Positions 9,670 to 17,488 of a stretch of DNA of 20,000 nucleotides are shown here, in pieces (positions within the stretch are counted from its first letter, which is position 1; each line of letters begins with the position of its first letter). The translations under genes and the position numbers were made by a program. The notes under the pieces were generated by a model, which saw only the letters and a program-made list of their open reading frames with translations, had not been told where the DNA came from and searched no databases. This DNA is from Thraustochytrium aureum (lineage: Eukaryota), in the NCBI GenBank assembly GCA_012862495.1, contig BLSG01000231.1, forward strand, positions 60,731 to 80,730, given 5' to 3'.

Positions 9670-11445
9670 CTAGTGGTCCATGATGCGCAGGTTGCCAGTG
9701 ATCACCTTGTCGCGCACCACCGAGCCGCTGCAAATGTCGATGTGCGACCCCTCCTCGGCGACGATGATCACAGTCCCTTTGAGCACGACGTGGTTACGAA
9801 AGTGCACGTCGCCAGACACCGTGAGGTGCTCGAGGTCAATCAGGTCTGGCACCCCGAAAGGCAGCCGCTTGGTGTACTCCTCCACGGTGCGAAAGTAAGG
9901 CCCAAGCTTGACGGTGGGCACTGGCGGCGATATGGTCCTGCGCTCGCTGAGCCGCAGCGCGCCGTGCTTGACCGTGAAAAGGTCCGACTGCACCGCGAAC
10001 AAGTCGTCGGTGGTCTTGACGGGGAGGAACCGGCTGCGCGGGACGACCAGGACCGAAACGTTTTCGAAGAGCGAGATCGCCGAGCCCGCCGCGGTTTCAA
10101 ACGTGAGCGACGGGACGCCTTCCTCCTGGCTGGCTCCCCGCGTGAGCTTTTCCCGAGCAATGACGGGCAGGTCCAAGCTCTTGTTGACCGAGACGAGGCT
10201 CTGCAGGTCGCGCAAGTTGACCCAGAGGTTGTTTGTGTTGAACTTGTTGAAGCGCGTGTCGCGCCGCAGGGTGTCGCCGAGCTGCTTCGAGAGCGCAGAG
10301 GCCTCGAGCAGGAGCGGCTTGCCCTTGTGCTCGACCAGCGTGCCGCCCGACACATCCTGCCGCTCGCGCTTGGTCACCTCCATGCAGAACTTGCGGTCGT
10401 GCTCCATGATGTGGTACAGGATGCTCAAGTCTACCGTGGCGCCGAGGTTGTCGATATTGCTTATGAAAACGTATTCTTTGCCCATACTGACGAGCTGCTG
10501 CAGCAGGCCACAGCGCGCAAGGGCCGTGTACACGTCGCCGTGGCCTGGCGGGTACCACAGGCCTTGCGTTTCGGCCGACATCTTTTCTGTGGGCATCGGC
10601 TCTAGTGTGCTCTTGTCGAGGCGCGGGAAGCAGCTCTGGCGGAACGTGCGGATGGAGACGTGCCGCTCGGCGTAGCGCGACAGGACGCGTTTCGTCTCCT
10701 CGTCGGTGTTGAACGAGTTCATCAGCACAAGCGGCACGTCCACGCCGTGCTTCGTGTTGAGAAACTCGACTTGCCTCACGGCCATGTCGAGGAAGCTCAG
10801 CGAGTTGCGCACTTCGACGGCCGACTTGGGGCCCTTGCACCCCATGCTGGTGCCAAGGCCGCCGTTCAGGCGCAGAATCACCAGCTTGTTGAGCAGTTCG
10901 TGCGTCAGGTTCATGTCGTCGGGGCACCGCGGGATGGACCCGTAGTGGGTGCAGTGCACGGTCTGCGGCGTTCCCTGCTGTGCGTCTTCTCTTGGAGAAG
11001 AGCTTTCGCTCGCAAGAGAGGCGATCTGCGCCGCCAAAGCCGGGCCGCCTCCGCCAGATACTGGAGACTGGGCTTCGCGCGCCCACGCGGCCTGTGCGTC
11101 AGTTTCGCTGTTGCTGCGCCCTGTTGCAATGCCGGCTGCTGCGGCGCCCTGTGCTGCTGCTTCGCCGCTCGCGAGCGCCTCGGCCATTTCCCGCGCTGCT
11201 GCGGCCTCGATGAAAGGCTGGTCCACGCCAAAGTCTTGGGCGGGTGGCGGGGGCGTCTTTGGCCCGGCGCCCTCCTTGACGGGTGAGATGGTGTCGATCT
11301 TGAGGTCTTTCATGGCGCGCAGGTTGGCGTTGTACCGCTGCACGTACCGCGTAAACTCCTCGGCGGCCTTGGGGTCCATCACGCCTTGCTGTTTGTACGC
11401 CTCCACATTCTCCACGATCTGCTCGAGCGACCTGGCCGAGATCAT
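9670..11445 (-). CDS. UGP: UTP--glucose-1-phosphate uridylyltransferase (UDP-glucose pyrophosphorylase, eukaryotic type), 591 aa
   Basis: Motifs LRLNGGLGTSMGCKGPKS, PLVLMNSFNT, WYPPGHGD, FISNIDNLGATVD, FNTNNLW, ETAAG, VPRSRFLPVKT, LTVSGDVHF, VLKGTVII and C-terminal GNLRIMDH. An in-frame TAG just upstream of the ATG supports this start. Confidence 0.96.
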   Translation of the reverse strand: MISARSLEQIVENVEAYKQQGVMDPKAAEEFTRYVQRYNANLRAMKDLKIDTISPVKEGAGPKTPPPPAQDFGVDQPFIEAAAAREMAEALASGEAAAQGAAAAGIATGRSNSETDAQAAWAREAQSPVSGGGGPALAAQIASLASESSSPREDAQQGTPQTVHCTHYGSIPRCPDDMNLTHELLNKLVILRLNGGLGTSMGCKGPKSAVEVRNSLSFLDMAVRQVEFLNTKHGVDVPLVLMNSFNTDEETKRVLSRYAERHVSIRTFRQSCFPRLDKSTLEPMPTEKMSAETQGLWYPPGHGDVYTALARCGLLQQLVSMGKEYVFISNIDNLGATVDLSILYHIMEHDRKFCMEVTKRERQDVSGGTLVEHKGKPLLLEASALSKQLGDTLRRDTRFNKFNTNNLWVNLRDLQSLVSVNKSLDLPVIAREKLTRGASQEEGVPSLTFETAAGSAISLFENVSVLVVPRSRFLPVKTTDDLFAVQSDLFTVKHGALRLSERRTISPPVPTVKLGPYFRTVEEYTKRLPFGVPDLIDLEHLTVSGDVHFRNHVVLKGTVIIVAEEGSHIDICSGSVVRDKVITGNLRIMDH

Positions 11446-11666
11446 ACTGTATCCCAGCCGGCGCTAACCTGCAAGACGAACGAAACAGCCGGGCTTTTGC
11501 AGCCCCGCCGCACGAGCACCCTTCAGCCCAACGCTTTTCTTTCCACGGGCAACCGTGCAGCGCACGAGTGCTCGAGCGCGCCACAGGCAACCGTGCAGCG
11601 TCCTCGAGCGCAACCTGCAGCTCCGGCTGCCCTTTCGCCCGCGTTGCAAGCAGGCAGGCTGCGTCT

Positions 11667-11678
11667 GCGAGCGAGCGA

Positions 11679-11737
<59 letters not shown>

Positions 11738-11738
11738 T
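11667..11738. repeat. Microsatellite (GCGA)3(GCGT)15
   Basis: Perfect GCGT array at 11679-11738, preceded by three GCGA units. Confidence 0.97.
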
Positions 11739-11817
11739 GGGCAAGCAACTCACGGCGTGGCAACCGCGCGTCGCGTTCGCGCGGCCGCAGCTCAACGTCG
11801 CTCTCGCCCAGCAGTGA

Positions 11818-11868
11818 ATGGATGGGTGGATGGATGGACGGACGGATGGACGGATGGACGGATGGATG
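11818..11868. repeat. Imperfect (GGAT/GGAC)n microsatellite
   Basis: ATGGATGGGTGGATGGATGGACGGACGGATGGACGGATGGACGGATGGATG read directly. Confidence 0.9.
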
Positions 11869-12085
11869 CTGCCGCTCGATGGATGCTCAATGGATGCGCT
11901 GCTGCTCTCGGTCGATCGATGCCACGTCGAGCTATCTTCTTCTTGGGGTGCTGCTGGGCTGCTCTGTGGCCAAAGCCACAGTATGTTCTTTTGTTCTTCA
12001 CGTCAATCCCGCTTGAGTCTGTGTTGTTCTTTTATTCCGTGACTCGATAGGCGATCCACTCGAATTCATCGCTTTTGCTCGAATT

Positions 12086-12295
12086 NNNNNNNNNNNNNNN
12101 NNNNNNNNNNNNNNNNNNNNNNNNNNNNNNNNNNNNNNNNNNNNNNNNNNNNNNNNNNNNNNNNNNNNNNNNNNNNNNNNNNNNNNNNNNNNNNNNNNNN
12201 NNNNNNNNNNNNNNNNNNNNNNNNNNNNNNNNNNNNNNNNNNNNNNNNNNNNNNNNNNNNNNNNNNNNNNNNNNNNNNNNNNNNNNNNNNNNNNN
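12086..12295. other. Assembly gap or masked sequence (210 N)
   Basis: Run of N. Confidence 0.99.
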
Positions 12296-12775
12296 TAGGT
12301 ATTTCCTGTGCTTCACTCGAATTCTGCAACTTCGTGAGCAAACAGAGTCCAGGAGGTAGGTCACACGAATTCGTTCAACTTCGTTCCTCCCCTTGGGAGA
12401 GGGCCAGGCTGGCAAGGAACATAGAGAATATAAATTGTTCGTCGCTGGTTGCTCGTGAAATGGGGCAGCAGAGGCGCTTCGAGCAGGGCAGCCGAGCAGG
12501 AGGCGGGGACGCGGCGCAGCGCCGAAGCAGTGCGGCGGCCACGCCGGCCGCGCGAGGAGGCGGAGGAGCTGCGGCAGCGAGGCAGTGGAGGCACGGCTCG
12601 GTCGCGAGCTGCACCGGCTTTGGGGTGTGAAGTTTGGCTGGTTTTTCACTCGGTTTTGGCTGGGGAATTGTCTTGGGGGCGGAAGCGCGCTTGACGGGGG
12701 CAGCTGACGCGCCACCGCGCGCTGACCGTCGGAGCTGGCCGCTGGGCGCGCGTGGGGCGCGGAGGGAGGGCGAGG

Positions 12776-13846
12776 ATGAACGCCGGGGATCCGTTCGAGT
12801 GGTACTTTGAGATACCCGTCGTGTCGAGGGCGTATTTTACCGCCTCGTTCTTGACGACGGCGGCCTGCGCGCTGGAGCTCGTGTCGCCTCTGACGCTGTA
12901 CTTTAACTACAAGCTCATCTTTGAGAAGGGCCAAGTATGGCGCCTGGTGACCAACTTTTGCTTCTTCGGGATGTTCAGCCTCGACTTTGTCTTCCACCTG
13001 TACTTTCTGGTTCGGTACTGTCGGCTGCTGGAGGAGAACAGCTTTCGGAACCGCACAAGCGACTTTGTGGCCTTCATTGTGTTTGGGATGGTTCTTATGT
13101 CTTTGATCGCGCCGTTCGTCAACATCCCCTTCTTTGGCTCCTCGCTGACTTTCATGATGGTCTACGTCTGGGGCCGCCGCAACGAGCACGTGCGCATGAC
13201 GTTCCTCGGGCTCTTCCCCTTCTCGGCTCCGTACCTGCCATGGGTGCTCTTCGCGTTTTCGCTCGTTCTGGGTTCCTCGGCGGTTGTCGACCTCATCGGC
13301 ATCGCGGTCGGGCACCTCTACTTTTACTTTGACGACATCTACCCGTCAGTTGCGGAAATCCGCGGCTGGAAGCCGCGCAGGTATTTGCGCGTATCAGAGC
13401 TGTTCCCTGCGCAGGACGAGGTCAACGTCGAAGTGGCGGACCCAGTTCTCGGCACAGGGATCGGCGCGGCTGCAAATACAGACCCAGCTCAGCTGCCGAC
13501 GCCACTCAACGGGGCAGCGCCAGAATCCCAAAGCGGCGCGACAGAGGACAACACCGACGGTGGCGATCCAAGCGCCGCTGCAGTGCCAGACGTGGAGCCC
13601 ATCACAGAGTGGCAGACGATTGGCGCAGAGGATGCTGCTCTGGAGCCCGCGCCCAGGCCAGCGTCGCTCGAGCTCGACGACGAGCTCGCTGTTGAGAGCA
13701 GCGAGAACGCGCAAGCCGCAGACCCCACTCCCAGCATGGGAGAGCCTGCTGCGCGAACCCCAGGAGAGGAGAGGATGAGTTTTGACACAGCAACCGCGGG
13801 ACTGCGGCAGAGACGCGCTGCGGACGGACCCCCAAACAGCGAGTGA
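12776..13846 (+). CDS. Derlin (DER1 family, Derlin-2/3-like) ERAD rhomboid pseudoprotease with a long acidic C-terminal tail, 356 aa
   Basis: From ATG at 12776: MNAGDPFEWYFEIPVVSRAY, GQVWRLVTNF (WR motif), FLVRYCRLLEENSFR, YVWGRRN, FSAPYLPWVL, DLIGIAVGHLYFYFDDIYP (GxxxGH). Several hydrophobic segments. Confidence 0.96.
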   Translation: MNAGDPFEWYFEIPVVSRAYFTASFLTTAACALELVSPLTLYFNYKLIFEKGQVWRLVTNFCFFGMFSLDFVFHLYFLVRYCRLLEENSFRNRTSDFVAFIVFGMVLMSLIAPFVNIPFFGSSLTFMMVYVWGRRNEHVRMTFLGLFPFSAPYLPWVLFAFSLVLGSSAVVDLIGIAVGHLYFYFDDIYPSVAEIRGWKPRRYLRVSELFPAQDEVNVEVADPVLGTGIGAAANTDPAQLPTPLNGAAPESQSGATEDNTDGGDPSAAAVPDVEPITEWQTIGAEDAALEPAPRPASLELDDELAVESSENAQAADPTPSMGEPAARTPGEERMSFDTATAGLRQRRAADGPPNSE

Positions 13847-15219
13847 CGCATGATGTATAAAGCAAATAGAATATTTTTTAAAACCCGAACTCGCGGGAGA
13901 CCATGGCGCGCAAATCGCGGCGTTTCGCGCCGAAACTTGGAGCCTCTTATCGACGAGCGCAATTCTGCAGGAGCGCGCAGCTGGCGTCGCTTGGCAAACA
14001 GCTCGCCAAGTTGTGGCCCGCGCTTCTTCCTCGCAAGCTGGGCGACCGCCACCGCAACCAGGGGTTCCCGACGGGCCCGACTCCGTTCGTCGCGGCTCGA
14101 CGACGGCGTCGCAACCCAACCCGGCGAGTGCGGCAAAAGTGCGGCGCTCGATCTACTAGACCACAACCGTGAAACAGCCGCTCGCTCTGGGACTTGGAAG
14201 AAGGACAGACTAGCCGCCGATGCCATGATTACGATGCGCGAGTTGCTGGACTCGCACGATGCGCAACAGCTTTTCGAGAACTCGTACAACGAGTCACAGC
14301 GTCACACTATCCACGCTCTGCAGGAAGAGAGCTCGAGCACGCATCCCCTGCGGCGGCAAAGGCGGGAACGTCGGATACGGCGTGTTCTAGCAAAGCCTAA
14401 CATTTGGAATCGTTGTCTCGTCGGCGATGAACGACCCAACTTTGATCACCCGCCATGCATCACGAGGCTCGGCTCGAGCCGCCACCACCCACATCTGTCA
14501 TCGAGTTCCTCACCGGCAGTGCCCACACTCGCTTCACTGTCGTGGCGGCAACCCGGGCTCCGGCAAGCCGAAGCGCCTCTATGTTCACGTTTCTATGTAC
14601 AGGCTGCAGATGTTGTTGCACGCGTGGGCGACCGTGCTCGTCGTCCTCGGCAAGCGGGGTCGCACCATCCGTTTTTGCACCCGACCCCGACGGTGTGTGG
14701 GACGTCCGCGCAGCGCCAGGTATCGATGTCATCAAGCGAAGGAGCAGGACAACTCGAGAGCCGTCGTCTTCGGCGACACTATCCAGGCGGACTTGTACCG
14801 GCAGACTCGACACGACACGCGGCAATCAACGTGATGCGCTGTCGAATCCACCCAGGGTATCCATCCCCTCGGCTGCTGACGGGCTGCAAATGTATTCTTC
14901 AATATAATGGTCATTGGCTACTGCCCCACCATGGAACTGGCCAAGGCGGGTTCAGGATGCACCTGGCACTGGCATGGCGCGAGTCCAGTTGCAGCCCTGA
15001 ACGAGCGAGTTCGTTTTTGCAACACCCGCCGCGCACAAGCCCCTCTCGGGGTGCCGCTGGCTGCTGCTGTCTCACAAATCGCAGACAATCGCCGGCGGAT
15101 GCGGAGATAGCAGGTGAGGTTCGGGACGCGCTTCGTCGACTCCGTATTTTCATGACCGATCGCGGCGAGCAGTATGCACAAGTCGCAGCGAAGCCGCGTC
15201 ACGAGTCGCGACCGTTTGC

Positions 15220-16424
15220 CTAGCGCAGGAACCTACTGCGAAAGTCGTCCTCAAGCACAAGCGACGGCGGGTTCCCGTCTTTGCCTGGCGGCAACTGGGA
15301 CACATAGTCTTCCTGGGAGAGGAGTTCGAACGTGAGCTCGAGCGCCACGGCCTCCACTGTTGCCCGCCCCTGCTCTGGGTGAAACTCGTAACCGAGGGCG
15401 ACGTGCATGCCCTGGACGACGCCATTCTCGACGCGGTACGTCTGTGAGAGGACCACGCCGTGCTCTTCGTCAAAGCTTGAGTAACCCTCTGCGTTCGTGA
15501 GCGGGTGGCGAATCGCTTCAAAGCGGCGCCGCGAGTCATTCACCCCAAAATGTTCGTTGGTGGTGCGGACCGAGCGGGTGGCGGCAGCGTGAGCCTCGGT
15601 GTCTGGAACGTAGAGCAGCCGAACAGGCTCAAGGCGGTGATGCGCCAGCGCCGCTTGCTTGGAGGCCACATCGAGCTTGAACAAGAACGAGTAAGCCTTG
15701 GTCGAACCCTTCACTGGGCAAAAGAGCACCGGGAAGCGCTCCGGGACGCCCATGGCGTAGTGCCGCGGCGTGTGTTTGATCGACGACTTTTCAGGGCACG
15801 TGAGGTGCAAGCGCTCCAGGCCACTGACGATAAAGTTTTTGTCTTTGAGGTCGATCTCGCCTCCGCAGCGCGAGCAGATGGGCTTGTGGCCCATTGCCAT
15901 TTCAAGCGACTTGCGCACGCTGGCACGCGCGCCCTTGATATCCCCGTCAAACCTGCCTCCGTCGTTGATGTGCGACGTGTCGGGACGCCAGCCCTTAACG
16001 ATGCCCTGGGACTTGTTGTTCCGCATTCGATAGTGCATCTGGCAGAGCACATACTTGGAAACCTTCAGCTTTCGCGCGGAGCCCGTGTGGTTCTCTGCCT
16101 CGGCGGAGCCGTCGTTCTCGGCGCCGGGGCTTTCGCCGTCGCTGTCGTCGACGATGTCGGTGCAGACGTGGACCTTTTCTCCAGCAAGGTGCCTCACGCC
16201 GATGCAATCGACGCACTTGAGGCAATTCCCGTGGAACGGGCGGTCGCGCGAGTCCGTCAGCTTTTCCATGCGGTAGACCTTCTTGTCACAAGCGACGCAC
16301 TGGAGCGACCCGTCGATGTTTCGAATTCGTGCGAGATTCTCCGCGCGGGCTTGGCGGCGGGCCTCGGTCTCTTCGGGGGTCAGAGGCTCTTCCGTGACCT
16401 GCTCAGCAGCCTCCGAGCCAGAAT
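15220..16424 (-). CDS. C-terminal part of a LIM/zinc-finger protein; upstream coding sequence lies in the gap
   Basis: Open frame from the gap edge to TAG at 15220. LIM pattern CVAC-x18-HGNC-x2-CVDC-x53-CQMH with KKVYRMEK (typical LIM 'VY.ME' segment); second finger CSRC-x19-HLTC; then a globular-looking C-terminal region I do not recognise. Confidence 0.8.
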
Positions 16425-17246
16425 NNNNNNNNNNNNNNNNNNNNNNNNNNNNNNNNNNNNNNNNNNNNNNNNNNNNNNNNNNNNNNNNNNNNNNNNNNNN
16501 NNNNNNNNNNNNNNNNNNNNNNNNNNNNNNNNNNNNNNNNNNNNNNNNNNNNNNNNNNNNNNNNNNNNNNNNNNNNNNNNNNNNNNNNNNNNNNNNNNNN
16601 NNNNNNNNNNNNNNNNNNNNNNNNNNNNNNNNNNNNNNNNNNNNNNNNNNNNNNNNNNNNNNNNNNNNNNNNNNNNNNNNNNNNNNNNNNNNNNNNNNNN
16701 NNNNNNNNNNNNNNNNNNNNNNNNNNNNNNNNNNNNNNNNNNNNNNNNNNNNNNNNNNNNNNNNNNNNNNNNNNNNNNNNNNNNNNNNNNNNNNNNNNNN
16801 NNNNNNNNNNNNNNNNNNNNNNNNNNNNNNNNNNNNNNNNNNNNNNNNNNNNNNNNNNNNNNNNNNNNNNNNNNNNNNNNNNNNNNNNNNNNNNNNNNNN
16901 NNNNNNNNNNNNNNNNNNNNNNNNNNNNNNNNNNNNNNNNNNNNNNNNNNNNNNNNNNNNNNNNNNNNNNNNNNNNNNNNNNNNNNNNNNNNNNNNNNNN
17001 NNNNNNNNNNNNNNNNNNNNNNNNNNNNNNNNNNNNNNNNNNNNNNNNNNNNNNNNNNNNNNNNNNNNNNNNNNNNNNNNNNNNNNNNNNNNNNNNNNNN
17101 NNNNNNNNNNNNNNNNNNNNNNNNNNNNNNNNNNNNNNNNNNNNNNNNNNNNNNNNNNNNNNNNNNNNNNNNNNNNNNNNNNNNNNNNNNNNNNNNNNNN
17201 NNNNNNNNNNNNNNNNNNNNNNNNNNNNNNNNNNNNNNNNNNNNNN
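16425..17246. other. Assembly gap (822 N), probably inside the LIM gene
   Basis: Run of N with open minus-strand frames on both sides. Confidence 0.99.
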
Positions 17247-17441
17247 TTGGTAGAGGCGGTGGAGGGGACTCGTTTTGCCCGCGTGTGCTTGGACACCTGC
17301 GAGTTGAATTGCTCGATGCTGTCGCTCCAAACCGCGGCGGCGCGCCGCGAGACCGGGCTCGAATGGCTCGCAAGGGCTCGCTTGGCCGCGCTCGCGAGGC
17401 GATCTGCTCGTTGGGACGATGATGTTGATGATGGTGAGTTA
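17247..17441 (-). CDS. Putative internal coding segment linking the Ser/Arg-rich ORF to the gap and the LIM region
   Basis: Same frame as ORF 17489-19066; reads NSPSSTSSSQRADRLASAAKRALASHSSPVSRRAAAVWSDSIEQFNSQVSKHTRAKRVPSTAST and is open into the gap. Preceded by CTAAC...CAAG, a possible branch point and acceptor. Confidence 0.45.
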
Positions 17442-17488
17442 CTTGTGTGTTAGGATACGCAGCACCCTGCGGGTGCACGGCTCGCTCG

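Noticed and set aside
9673..11467. Long plus-strand ORFs over the UGPase gene
   Set aside because: Antisense shadows caused by GC-rich codon usage.
11386..12050. ORFs with RACV, HART and DGWM repeats
   Set aside because: Translations of tetranucleotide microsatellites.
14460..14825. Minus-strand ORF containing DGATPL and LAGARV, reminiscent of ankyrin repeats
   Set aside because: No TPLH motif, helix pattern or 33-aa periodicity; probably chance.
554..17246. N runs as sites of hidden mobile elements
   Set aside because: Their content cannot be seen; the flanks show no terminal repeats or target-site duplications, and two gaps fall inside or next to low-complexity coding sequence, as expected for assembly gaps.
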